Source: an uncultured Candidatus Bathyarchaeia archaeon (GTDB taxonomy: Archaea; Thermoproteota; Bathyarchaeia; Bathyarchaeales; Bathycorpusculaceae). Taken from it: 58,642 bases of DNA. Shown one piece after another: positions 1-8,638 of this stretch; the first letter of the stretch is position 1, and every line of letters starts with the position of its first letter. The DNA is taken from the NCBI GenBank assembly GCA_964620515.1, contig CAZUHG010000001.1, positions 1-58,642 of the forward strand. The letters run 5' to 3'. Made by a program: the position numbers and the translations under genes. The notes under the pieces were generated by a model. That model had not been told where the DNA came from. It saw only the letters and a list, made by a program, of their open reading frames with translations, and made no database searches.

Positions 1-155
1 ACTTAACGGAAACTAGAAAGTAAACAAGTAGATTGTTGGTAAACAAAATCCTTGTTTGAGAATTTAATGAGTATTGAAAGTGATACAAAAAGTTTAAAAG
101 TGTTAATGCTCCATCATAATTAGGGTACTTCAGTGTTTTATACGAGGGAAAACGA

Positions 156-1175
156 ATGGAAAAAGCTCGTATAGCTGCAGGTGCTTTATTGCTTTCATTA
201 TTGCTGGTTCTGCCTTTAATAGCAATCAATCCTGTTGAAGCTGCATCAGGATGGGATCAGGGAAACTGGGGGCGCTCTGGCGTAATCCATGTATGTGATG
301 CGGGTAACCCCGTTAACAATACGGAGTTGAATTATGTTCAATGGGTTACTGATGAGATTATGACGTGGTGTTTTGAGCCCCAAAGGTTCATTGTAATATG
401 GGGGGGACAGGCGTATGATATGGGACCTGCCTATTCGTACTTCAAGAACTATATGGAGAATTATGAATCATCAACAAGCTACAGCAACGCGCTTGCAGAT
501 GTCACCCGTGGCGAAAATCATGATTGTTATTTTCCCTTTGCAACGTTCCTCTACATTGGACACCATGCATATTATCCCTACGAACCAAAGCATTATGGTC
601 TTCTAGGACACGGAAAAAATTTGCCTTTAACCTCACCAAGCATAGATAAAATTTGGGATTACGATATCTATTATACCGTTAGTAATCTTTATCACCGTTT
701 TGTTTTTCTTTGGGTGTGCAGGAATGGAAATGAAAGGGGAAGCTATCATTCTTCTCCAGATTTGCCAAATGGAATGCCTTATTGCTGGACACATGGAGCG
801 ATACTTTCAGAAGATGGTTATAATGATCCGGATTATACTGATTATTGCCTCATAAGTTTTGAACAAATGTCACCGATGATTTGCGAATATTTAGACCCAA
901 CAATAACACCGCTTCGACATAAACATTGGTTAGCATATTTCTATTACGCAGCACTAGAATACCAGAACGGTTGCTCGATAAATCTCGCATTGGATCGTGC
1001 GTCAATATGGTGCAATTATACGTATGGTTTTACTCAAACCAAACTCTACAATGGCGGCTTGCAATGGTATCCTGGTGGTGGGGGTTTTCCCGCCACGTGG
1101 AATTGGAGTAAAATGCGTATATATGGTGACGGAACGATGAATGTGCCGGGAGATCTTGTGTATGTGTACCAATAA
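156..1175 (+). CDS. secreted hypothetical protein, Trp/Tyr/Cys-rich; possible His/Cys (clan-CD-like) peptidase fold
   Basis: 339-aa ORF with the signal peptide MEKARIAAGALLLSLLLVLPLIAINPVEAAS. A hydrophobic strand followed by His (TFLYIGHH) and a hydrophobic strand followed by Cys (RFVFLWVCRNG) lie about 50 aa apart. No family was recognised with certainty. Confidence 0.6.
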   Translation: MEKARIAAGALLLSLLLVLPLIAINPVEAASGWDQGNWGRSGVIHVCDAGNPVNNTELNYVQWVTDEIMTWCFEPQRFIVIWGGQAYDMGPAYSYFKNYMENYESSTSYSNALADVTRGENHDCYFPFATFLYIGHHAYYPYEPKHYGLLGHGKNLPLTSPSIDKIWDYDIYYTVSNLYHRFVFLWVCRNGNERGSYHSSPDLPNGMPYCWTHGAILSEDGYNDPDYTDYCLISFEQMSPMICEYLDPTITPLRHKHWLAYFYYAALEYQNGCSINLALDRASIWCNYTYGFTQTKLYNGGLQWYPGGGGFPATWNWSKMRIYGDGTMNVPGDLVYVYQ

Positions 1176-1194
1176 GACAAAATCCGTAGCCATA

Positions 1195-2253
1195 TTGAAA
1201 AAGTTCAGCATTTTTATGGTAGCGTTACCACTATTTTTTTCATTAGTATTTATGCAAGTGCCTGAGGTAGCTGCAACTGAAACATCAGAAGAGGGTTTAT
1301 CGTTCCTGAGAAATGTGGCAAGGCTGGACATGGACAAGTATACTGTAATGGGAAATAGTGGTGGTGATTTGTCTCTAGGCATGCAAAGCATAAGCTACAC
1401 TCTTGTATCTGGAGAAAGTAGCTTGAGCGTACTCTATACGGTCGATAAAGGATATATCGTGTTCATCTTTTATCCAGAACAAGGTATGCCTCTTTTTGTT
1501 GATACAGAAGATAATGTTGTTGAGGAAGCAAAAAGCATTCTTGAAAGGTATGAAGCTAACTATAACGTTTCTTACGTGCAGGAAATGCGTAGCTCGCTTG
1601 ACATGTTTGCGTCTTTGGGGAATTCGCTGATAAACGTTACAAGAGTAATGGGCGATATAACTATGGAGGTTTCTGTCACGGTAACTAGTGGCATGAGCAA
1701 AATTGAGCAGATTACTTGGAGCAGGGCAGTAAACGGCATTTATAATCGTCATGATCTCGTATCGCTTAGGTTTAGGAATGGTGTTTTGAATTTGTTCTGT
1801 GATAGTTGGAATCGCTATGAGATAGGCAGCGCCAGCGTCAACGTGAATGAAGCGCAAGCTATAAGCATTGCACAAGAGGAGGCTAAGAAGACTTGGTGGA
1901 CTTCAGGCAACGTTACAGTGTCAAACGTGAAAGTTGTGGATGAATCTATTCTTACGGAGCTATATTTTGCGCCAAGAGAGGAGAAGCTTTACCCGTTCTG
2001 GGTCATCCGCATGGGGTTGGACAAGGTTTATCCTGGCGGGGTAACTTCGCTTACGGTGGTGATCAGGGCTGATACGGGTCAGCCAGAGGGAACTTCTGCA
2101 AATTCAGGTTACGGAGATGGCTCTACTCAACAATCAACCCCGCAAGACATGCTGCTACCAATAATTGCGGCGGTTTCAGCAACTTTGCTTACCACGATTG
2201 TATTGGCGTTGCTCGTTGCTAGAAGAAGAAAAAGAAAGCAGGAAACCGTTTAG
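1195..2253 (+). CDS. secreted, C-terminally membrane-anchored protein with a PepSY-like domain
   Basis: The ORF track gives 1141..2253. An in-frame TTG at 1195 gives a proper signal peptide (MKKFSIFMVALPLFFSLVFMQVPEVAA). The segment VNVNEAQAISIAQEEAKK...LTVVIRADTGQPEG resembles PepSY. The C-terminus is a TM helix followed by RRRKRK. Confidence 0.6.
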   Translation: MKKFSIFMVALPLFFSLVFMQVPEVAATETSEEGLSFLRNVARLDMDKYTVMGNSGGDLSLGMQSISYTLVSGESSLSVLYTVDKGYIVFIFYPEQGMPLFVDTEDNVVEEAKSILERYEANYNVSYVQEMRSSLDMFASLGNSLINVTRVMGDITMEVSVTVTSGMSKIEQITWSRAVNGIYNRHDLVSLRFRNGVLNLFCDSWNRYEIGSASVNVNEAQAISIAQEEAKKTWWTSGNVTVSNVKVVDESILTELYFAPREEKLYPFWVIRMGLDKVYPGGVTSLTVVIRADTGQPEGTSANSGYGDGSTQQSTPQDMLLPIIAAVSATLLTTIVLALLVARRRKRKQETV

Positions 2254-2316
2254 TCACCAGTTTTCGACAAAAACAGTTTGAAAGGGAAAATAAACTAGAA
2301 AATAGGAAGTGACGTT

Positions 2317-2637
2317 TTACCCGAATAGGGCGCCTAAACCTTCGAGCGCTGCGTCTTCTTTAGCTTTATCCTCTTCAACTTTCTTCTTCTTGTCTTCCTC
2401 TTTCGGCTTTTGCTCTGCGGCTGGCGCAGCTGCTGCTGGCGCTGGCGCGGCAGCCATCATTGTCGGAGCAGCCTTTATCGCCTCGTCAATGTTGACTTCG
2501 CTTAAAGAAGCTACTAGCGCTTTCACTTGTACTGCGTCAACGGTTATTCCTGCCGCTGTCAAAACGTTTGTCACGTTTTCTTCGTTAATTTCTTTTCCTG
2601 CCTTATGAAGAAGCATCGCGGCGTAAACATTTTCCAT
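2317..2637 (-). CDS. rpl12: 50S ribosomal stalk protein P1 (L12)
   Basis: MENVYAAMLLHKAGKEINEENV..., an Ala/Pro hinge, an acidic/lysine tail and the terminal EGLGALFG. The start is placed at the ATG at 2637 rather than the ORF-track start at 2658. Confidence 0.92.
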   Translation of the reverse strand: MENVYAAMLLHKAGKEINEENVTNVLTAAGITVDAVQVKALVASLSEVNIDEAIKAAPTMMAAAPAPAAAAPAAEQKPKEEDKKKKVEEDKAKEDAALEGLGALFG

Positions 2638-2818
2638 ACTTTTCACCTCGTCATCCAACTATTTTAACTTTTTCAGTTGATACAGCCCTTTCCCCTTAAA
2701 GGGGAACAAGCTAATACTTAAACCTAGGCATCGCCTACGGCGTTTTTCTTGCCGTTTAGAAGAATGCCCAAACGCTTAAGAACTTTTCGTCGTTCATACA
2801 GTTTGATTGTTCACTCCA

Positions 2819-2866
2819 CGTTTCAACCTTTATAAAAGGGAGGGGGGTAGTCACCGCAGAGCACAG
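2819..2866 (-). promoter_or_regulatory. C-rich + TATA promoter-like module (shared with 43431..43476)
   Basis: The minus strand reads ..CTCTGCGGTGACTACCCCCCTCCCTTTTATAAAGGTTGAAACG. It is about 80% identical by eye to the module upstream of the radical SAM gene at 43354. It lies about 190 nt upstream of rpl12. Confidence 0.35.
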
Positions 2867-2876
2867 AAGGCTTAAA

Positions 2877-3728
2877 CTATTTTCTGAAGCTTACAGCAGC
2901 GTATCCAACCACGCTGGAATAGTCGCCAGTTACATCTCCACTGCTCTTATAACAAAGCAGTTTCGCTTCTTTTGCGCCTAACCCTTTCGCAGCAGCAATC
3001 ACCGAGGCTATTGGACCATAACCGCAGGCGGTTACGTTTTGCTTTTCAATAACGGAGTAGAACCGCTTTTCATCCATAGCTTCCACAGCTTTAAGCGTTG
3101 CCAAGTCTTTTGCAGCTGCGTTTCCCTGTGGCTCGTAATGAGTCATGTCCGATGACGCTATAACCACCGCGTTTCTGCTGGCTAAAGCTTCGACCAAAGC
3201 CTTTCCAACTTCCACAGCAGACAATAAATCCTGCAGCTGGAAACATATTGGCACGAACCTGAACTCAGAGCCATAAAGGTATTGCAGAAAAGGCAGCTGA
3301 ACCTCAATTGAATGTTCAAAACGGTGCGCAAGCTCATCCACATCTACAAGACTTGTTTCCTGCATTATACGGTTAGCTGTTTCCCCATCAATTTCCACGT
3401 CACCCAGAGGTGTACGCCAAAATCCTTCATTCATCAACGCCAAAGCGCTGCCATAACCAGTGTGGTTTGGTCCCAGAATTACAACTGTATCTGGCTTTCC
3501 ATCTGAAGCTAATTCATAATAGGCGTTGGCTGCCACGGGACCAGAATATTCATAACCTGCATGGGGACAAACGAGACCAAGTATTTCTCTTGACCCGTTT
3601 TTATTGACTTTTGGATGCTTTTTTGGACCAAGCTCATGGAGGAAACAGTTTTCAATCTGCGCCTTTAGTGATTCGGCGTTTCCTTCGTAGAAGGTTCCCG
3701 CAACACGTGGATGCCGAATCTTCGCCAT
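2877..3728 (-). CDS. MEMO1-family protein (AmmeMemoRadiSam system protein B-like)
   Basis: MAKIRHPRVAGTFYEGNAESL..., CPHAGYEYSGPVAA, ILGPNHTG, HSIEVQLPFLQ and SSDMTHY. An internal ATG at 3728 avoids overlap with rps2. Confidence 0.85.
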   Translation of the reverse strand: MAKIRHPRVAGTFYEGNAESLKAQIENCFLHELGPKKHPKVNKNGSREILGLVCPHAGYEYSGPVAANAYYELASDGKPDTVVILGPNHTGYGSALALMNEGFWRTPLGDVEIDGETANRIMQETSLVDVDELAHRFEHSIEVQLPFLQYLYGSEFRFVPICFQLQDLLSAVEVGKALVEALASRNAVVIASSDMTHYEPQGNAAAKDLATLKAVEAMDEKRFYSVIEKQNVTACGYGPIASVIAAAKGLGAKEAKLLCYKSSGDVTGDYSSVVGYAAVSFRK

Positions 3729-3732
3729 CGGT

Positions 3733-4422
3733 TTAGTCTTCCTCTTCGTCATCCCTTGAGAGTTTGGCTTCAAAATTTTCAATTGTCGCTGCTGGGTCTT
3801 TGTCGGCTGCTAGTTCGCCTCTTTCGCGGAGGATTTGTCTTGCCAATAGCCAGAATATCACAGCTAATGCGCGTCTGCCCTTGTTGTTTGTTGGAATAAC
3901 CAAGTCTACTCCAGCGAACTCGTTGTCAGTGCTGCATAACGCTACTATCGGTATTCCTGCTTTAGCGGCTTCTTTGACGGCTTGAGCGTCTGCTCGTGGG
4001 TCGGAAACAATTATCACTTCAGGGTCGATGCGGCTTGAATATTGAGGATTTGATAAGAGCCCTGGGATGAATCGACCTATTATGGGTGTAGTGCCTGTTA
4101 TCTCGCAGAATTTCTGCGCTGGTTCGTGTGCATAAAGTCTGCTTGTTGCTACTGCTATTTTTGCGGGTTCGAAGCGTGCCAAGAATTTTGCGGCGATTCT
4201 TATGCGTTCATCAGTTTTTTTAACGTCTAAAACAAACAATCCGTCTGGTCTGACGCGGTATATGAAGGGTTCCATGTCGCTGGTTTTCATTCTTGTTCCA
4301 ATGTGTATTCCCGCTGACAACAATGTGTCACGCGGTAACAAGAGTTCCTCTGTTGGTGGTGTTTCCTGTTCCTTTTCTGGTTCAGTTTCTGATGGGGTTT
4401 CTTTAATTTCATCTTCTGCCAT
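3733..4422 (-). CDS. rps2: 30S ribosomal protein S2 (uS2)
   Basis: LLSAGIHIGTRMKTSDMEPFIYRVRPDGLFVLDVKKTDERIRIAAKFL...VSDPRADAQAVKEA..GIPIVALCSTDN. It has an acidic N-terminal extension and an acidic C-terminal tail. Confidence 0.93.
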   Translation of the reverse strand: MAEDEIKETPSETEPEKEQETPPTEELLLPRDTLLSAGIHIGTRMKTSDMEPFIYRVRPDGLFVLDVKKTDERIRIAAKFLARFEPAKIAVATSRLYAHEPAQKFCEITGTTPIIGRFIPGLLSNPQYSSRIDPEVIIVSDPRADAQAVKEAAKAGIPIVALCSTDNEFAGVDLVIPTNNKGRRALAVIFWLLARQILRERGELAADKDPAATIENFEAKLSRDDEEED

Positions 4423-4434
4423 TTTCTTTTCTCC

Positions 4435-5688
4435 TTAATGTGTTTTTAAATTAGCCATTTTGGCTTTATTTCCTAAGAAATGTTCAATTCTTACTAACTC
4501 GTTTATTTTCGCGATACGTGCGCCTTCCACAATTCCAGTTTTTATTATTGGGCATTTAAACGCTACAGCCAAGTGGGCTATGTGCCAATCACATGTGTCG
4601 CCGGAACGATGTGACATTACCGTGGTGTATCCGTGTCTTTGGGCGTTTTCGATTGTTTCCGCTGCGTCTGTGAGCGTGCCGATCTGGTTGACTTTAATTA
4701 TAATCGCGTTCGCCGCATCAAGTGCTATTCCCTGGTTTAATCGTTCGGTGCTGGTTGTGAACAAGTCGTCACCGCAAATCAAACAGTTCTTAGCTTTCTT
4801 GGTGAGTTCAGCAAAGCTTTCAAAGTCTTCCTCATGGAAGGGATCTTCCACGTAAGCAAGATGGTACTTTTCAATCAGGTCTAAAAGATAATCGAGCTGC
4901 TTGGCGGTATCGCGTTTTTTATCTTCACTCGCGTAAATGTACTTCTTTTCTTTTTCATTCCATAACGAGGATGCAGCAACATCAATGCCGAAATCGCACT
5001 CAAAATCTAACTCGTTGCCTACTTCTTCACACGCTTTGGCTATGACTTCGAAAGCGTCTATGTTTCCAATGTGAGCAATCCATGCTCCTTCGGAGCTTTT
5101 TCCGCCGTTGAAGAGTTTCTCTTTCTTCTTCAGGATTTCGCCTATTTTTTTGTGGATTTGAGCGTTTGCTGTCGCGGCTTCTAGAAATGTTTCAGCGCCA
5201 TGGGGAAGCGCCAAGAATTCTTGGATGTCTGGAGCTTTTCCACGAGCGTGCTGTCCTCCACTTATAGAGTTTCCAAGCGGGTACGGAAGCGTGTTAGCGT
5301 TGTTTCCGCCTAGGAACTGGAATAGTAGGAGGCTGTGAGAGTTTGCCGCTGCTTCCGCGTTGGCTAGCGAAATTGCAAAAGCGGTGTTTCCGCCTATAAC
5401 CTTAAAGTTTGCTGTGCCATCAATCTCATGAAGCGTGCTGTCAATTTCCTCTTGAAAATCAGAGTTTAAACCAGCAATTTCAGGCGCTATCAACTCATCA
5501 ATCTTTTTCAACGCTTGATCTACACCACCTTGCGGATAATAGAGCACTTCAGCTTTACCGCGACTTTTCCCCGACGGAGCAGAAGCTCTTCCGAAACCAG
5601 AAGTTGTCACGACATCAACTTCTATAGTTTCTTCCCCACGACTGTTGAATACCTTTCTGGCGATGAGATCTTCAATGATTGACGACAC
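4435..5688 (-). CDS. eno: enolase (phosphopyruvate hydratase)
   Basis: 417-aa ORF with FNSRGEETIEVDV, GASAPSGKSRG, DVAASS, IKVNQIGTLTD and SHRSGDT. The start codon is GTG, preceded by GAGGT. Confidence 0.95.
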   Translation of the reverse strand: MSSIIEDLIARKVFNSRGEETIEVDVVTTSGFGRASAPSGKSRGKAEVLYYPQGGVDQALKKIDELIAPEIAGLNSDFQEEIDSTLHEIDGTANFKVIGGNTAFAISLANAEAAANSHSLLLFQFLGGNNANTLPYPLGNSISGGQHARGKAPDIQEFLALPHGAETFLEAATANAQIHKKIGEILKKKEKLFNGGKSSEGAWIAHIGNIDAFEVIAKACEEVGNELDFECDFGIDVAASSLWNEKEKKYIYASEDKKRDTAKQLDYLLDLIEKYHLAYVEDPFHEEDFESFAELTKKAKNCLICGDDLFTTSTERLNQGIALDAANAIIIKVNQIGTLTDAAETIENAQRHGYTTVMSHRSGDTCDWHIAHLAVAFKCPIIKTGIVEGARIAKINELVRIEHFLGNKAKMANLKTH

Positions 5689-5775
5689 GCCGTTTACCTC
5701 AAGCGCTATAACTTTTGTTTAGCTCTTATTTACTCTTTCGGAAAAGAGCAGCGCTAATCTTATGCGTGGAAAAAA

Positions 5776-5797
5776 CTATACCCACCTTATTTAAAGG
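5776..5797 (+). promoter_or_regulatory. C-rich + TATA-like box preceding repeat copy A
   Basis: CTATACCCACCTTATTTAAAGG, similar to CTATAGCCCCCTATTTAAAG at 19292..19311. Confidence 0.3.
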
Positions 5798-5817
5798 AGC
5801 TATAGCGCTGAGTCGAA

Positions 5818-5925
5818 GCGTTTTCAACATGTTATTGGTTGCGGGAAACGCCAATAGTGACCTCCCCTCTATAGGTTTCTGCATGCTATTTCTATTAGGA
5901 TCCAAATAGGCGGCAAATAGGTTTG
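5818..5925 (+). repeat. 108-bp intergenic element, diverged copy A
   Basis: By eye it aligns to 19313..19420. The shared core is TTGGTTGCGG.AA..CGCCAATAGTG..CTCCCC...TCTGCATG.TATTTCT.TTAGG..GGCGGCAA, with one 8-9 nt insertion. Confidence 0.7.
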
Positions 5926-6017
5926 TCAAGATTTCTTGACTAAGGTTTAAGCGGGTTAGTCAAGAAAGTTTGACTAAAAAACTGTGGTTCCGGCCTGTTT
6001 AGTCAAGAAACCTTGAC
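5925..6017. promoter_or_regulatory. three tandem 16-bp palindromic operator-like sites, GTCAAG-N4-CTTGAC
   Basis: GTCAAGATTTCTTGAC at 5925-5940, GTCAAGAAAGTTTGAC at 5959-5974 (one mismatch) and GTCAAGAAACCTTGAC at 6002-6017. Start-to-start spacing is 34 and 43 bp. The last site ends 38 bp before the ATG at 6055. Confidence 0.6.
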
Positions 6018-6054
6018 AAAAACGCTTTAATCACGGAAACAGCCTGAATATTTA

Positions 6055-7173
6055 ATGGTGAAAAGCGTGCTTGAAACTGCAAAGAAAACGCGAAGACCGC
6101 GAGTTTTCCTCGCAATTTCATTACTGATTTCCATCGTAGCCTTAGGAAGCTTTGCCGCCTGCGCAGTGTCACCCATCAGCATACCGCTCGAAGTAAAAGA
6201 ACCCCTCGAAATACTGAATTACCCATCAGGCTTCAGCCTTTACCCAGGAGAAACCGCAACCTTCGAAATAACCGTCCAGAACCACGCGCCTATAACCTAT
6301 TTTGTGCAGTTTGATTTCCGCTTGAACGACACGGAATATCAGGATAGATACGTTACTTTCAGCAACCACAACTACAGCATAGTGCCTGGAACACAGAACC
6401 TGTCCGCGTGGCTGACAATAGCGCCAACAGCTCCACCCGCAAACCTAATGATAACCGTGAGCCGCAAAACAGACACGCCGTCTCCGGCACCGTACAATGA
6501 GTCAGAGCTGAATCCAAGTTTGAAGCTTATGGGAGCTGGAGCTAGATGGGCTGCTGGCAATGGCAAAAAAGTATTGTACATCAACAATAAAGACAACTGG
6601 GATGCTCACCATCTGACTGATGGTGCATATTGGGAGTGGGGAGTCTCTGGAGCCGTATTCGAATATCGCCGTTCAATGATGCTTAGCGCATTAGAACAAT
6701 CAGGTCTCGAGGTGGTATGCGCTGGCGATATTCCAAGCGATTTAAGCGGTTATGACCTTGTGGTGCTTGAGGCGTACTATGCGATTGAACCACGCCACGA
6801 ACCGCTCATAAGACAATACGTTTTTAATGGCGGTGGCTTAGTTCTCAGGTCTGGCACTGTATGCTTTCTCACAACCTACAGCAAAAGCCTAAGCCCAGGC
6901 GTAAATTTTACTGCGATACCAGACTGGTTAGGTTGCAGAGAATACGTGAACACAGGCGGAACTGCAAGAGTTACTCAAGATAAGCCGTTTGGAACCCAAC
7001 TTTTGAACGGCGATACCGTATGTTTCGTAGCGGGACGTGGCGCTGCCGGATTTGCAGGCTTGGATTCTGACGCAAAAGCTATAGCACTTTGGGACTCAGG
7101 CGCAATCTTTTCGTTCACCCATGAATATGGCAACGGACGAATTTACTATCAAGTCCATTGGCAAGGCGAATAA
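6055..7173 (+). CDS. membrane-anchored extracytoplasmic hypothetical protein (Ig-like domain plus a possible ThuA/GATase1-like domain)
   Basis: 372-aa ORF with an N-terminal signal anchor (RVFLAISLLISIVALGSFAACAV). A beta-rich segment YPGETATFEITVQNHAP follows. The C-terminal DLVVLEAYYAIEP...FNGGGLVL pattern gave no firm family assignment. Confidence 0.6.
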   Translation: MVKSVLETAKKTRRPRVFLAISLLISIVALGSFAACAVSPISIPLEVKEPLEILNYPSGFSLYPGETATFEITVQNHAPITYFVQFDFRLNDTEYQDRYVTFSNHNYSIVPGTQNLSAWLTIAPTAPPANLMITVSRKTDTPSPAPYNESELNPSLKLMGAGARWAAGNGKKVLYINNKDNWDAHHLTDGAYWEWGVSGAVFEYRRSMMLSALEQSGLEVVCAGDIPSDLSGYDLVVLEAYYAIEPRHEPLIRQYVFNGGGLVLRSGTVCFLTTYSKSLSPGVNFTAIPDWLGCREYVNTGGTARVTQDKPFGTQLLNGDTVCFVAGRGAAGFAGLDSDAKAIALWDSGAIFSFTHEYGNGRIYYQVHWQGE

Positions 7174-7192
7174 ACTGGATATAGAACAGCAG

Positions 7193-8638
7193 TCATCGAG
7201 TCACATGGTCCACTATGTTGCCTTCAGAATCCACCAGTCGCACTTCCAATGGCATTTGTCCGACGGCGTGGGTTGCGCAGCTTAGGCACGGGTCAAACGC
7301 ACGTATGACCGCTTCAACCCTGTTCAGCATCCCTTCCTGCAACTGCTTCGCCTTCACGTACTTCTTAGCAACCTGCGTCACCGCCTTGTTGTAAGCGAGG
7401 TTGTTGTGTTCCGTGGCGATTATCATGTTAGCCCACACAATCATGCCTTGTGGGTCAACAGCGTAATGGTGAATCAACGTGCCCCGCGGAGCCTCAGCCA
7501 CACCAATGCCTTCATCGTTGTTGACGAAAGCTTTGGAGCTGACGCGTTCAGAAAGGGTGTCTGGGTCTTCAAGAATCTCTTTCACGCCTTCAAGACAGAA
7601 AAGAATCTCAATCAGCCGCGCATAGTGATAGTGGAAAGTGCTTTGAACTACGCCGTTTTTGCCGAGCTTCTTGAACTCTTTAAGCTCTTCATCCGCCAAC
7701 GGTGTGCCACAATGCGAAGCTATGTTCAGCCTAGCTAAGGGACCAACCCTGTAAGCTCCGTCAGGATAACCCAGCGGCTTGTAGTACGGAAACTTCATGT
7801 ACGACCACGGCTCAACCGCTTCACCGATGTACTCGTGATAAAGTGCGGGGTCAAGCTGGTCAGCCACCATTCTGCCTTCGGCATCAACTATTCTTATCTT
7901 GCCGTCATAGTGTTCCAGTCCGCCTTTCGCCGTCACCAAACCCAAATAGTAGGTGGGAAAGTTGCCGAAGTTCTGCACTTCCTCTTCCAGCCCAGAAAGG
8001 CAATTCTTGAACAACTTGGTCGTTTTAAATGCAATGTCTAACGCTTCTGGCAGGTTAGAACGTAAGTAGGCAGCGTTTTGCTTTGAGAGAGGCCATTTTC
8101 CGCCGCCGGGAATCACCCAGTCGCTGGAGTGGATTTTTCTACCCGCCACTTTCTCTATGATTTCTTGCCCAAACTTCCGCAGTTTAATGCCCTGCAACGC
8201 CAAGTCAGGCTGCTTCGCTATCAAACCGAAAATGTTTCTCTCCGCTGGGTCGGAGTCCATTCCCAACAGCAGGTCAGGAGCAGAAAGATGGAAGAAGTTC
8301 AGCGCATGCGACTGAATCATCTGCCCCATGTGTATCAGGCGCCGCAGCAGGATGGCGGTTGTCGGCGGGTTCACCCCAACAATCTCGTCGCACGCCTTAG
8401 CCGAAGCCAACAAATGACTAACAGGGCAAATGCCGCATGACCTTGAAGTTATGCTTGGCATCTCGTAAAACGGGCGTCCCTCACAGAACTTCTCGAAACC
8501 TCTAAAATCAACAACGTGGAAACGCGCCTCCTTGACCGTTTGGTCCTTACCTAAGTGAATGGTTACTTTGGCGTGCCCTTCTATCCTCGTAACTGGGCTA
8601 ATCACAATCTCCTTACCCACTTTCGCGCCCTCAACCAT
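7193..8638 (-). CDS. hoxH: [NiFe]-hydrogenase large subunit, group 3d (HoxH-like)
   Basis: [10 protein letters not shown], the N-terminal Ni-binding motif [11 protein letters not shown], and the C-terminal DPCLSCATH followed by a 24-aa extension ([24 protein letters not shown]). Confidence 0.9.
   Translation of the reverse strand: MVEGAKVGKEIVISPVTRIEGHAKVTIHLGKDQTVKEARFHVVDFRGFEKFCEGRPFYEMPSITSRSCGICPVSHLLASAKACDEIVGVNPPTTAILLRRLIHMGQMIQSHALNFFHLSAPDLLLGMDSDPAERNIFGLIAKQPDLALQGIKLRKFGQEIIEKVAGRKIHSSDWVIPGGGKWPLSKQNAAYLRSNLPEALDIAFKTTKLFKNCLSGLEEEVQNFGNFPTYYLGLVTAKGGLEHYDGKIRIVDAEGRMVADQLDPALYHEYIGEAVEPWSYMKFPYYKPLGYPDGAYRVGPLARLNIASHCGTPLADEELKEFKKLGKNGVVQSTFHYHYARLIEILFCLEGVKEILEDPDTLSERVSSKAFVNNDEGIGVAEAPRGTLIHHYAVDPQGMIVWANMIIATEHNNLAYNKAVTQVAKKYVKAKQLQEGMLNRVEAVIRAFDPCLSCATHAVGQMPLEVRLVDSEGNIVDHVTR

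Noticed and set aside
2309-2608. 99-aa plus-strand ORF antisense to rpl12.
   Set aside because: It is an Ala/Ser/Phe low-complexity mirror of the Ala/Glu/Lys-rich P1 hinge and tail, and the minus-strand gene is unambiguous.
5715-5929. 64-aa (+) and 67-aa (-) ORFs overlapping repeat copy A.
   Set aside because: Copies B and C of the same element do not maintain these long frames. Only a roughly 22-codon frame is shared, and it shows mostly non-synonymous differences. The region is treated as non-coding, with the micropeptide idea kept as a low-probability alternative.
5925-6017. Possible mini-CRISPR or other direct-repeat array formed by the three GTCAAG..CTTGAC sites.
   Set aside because: The repeats are only 16 bp and are themselves palindromic. 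Spacers are 18 and 27 bp, and no cas genes are present. The layout fits operator sites, not a CRISPR array.
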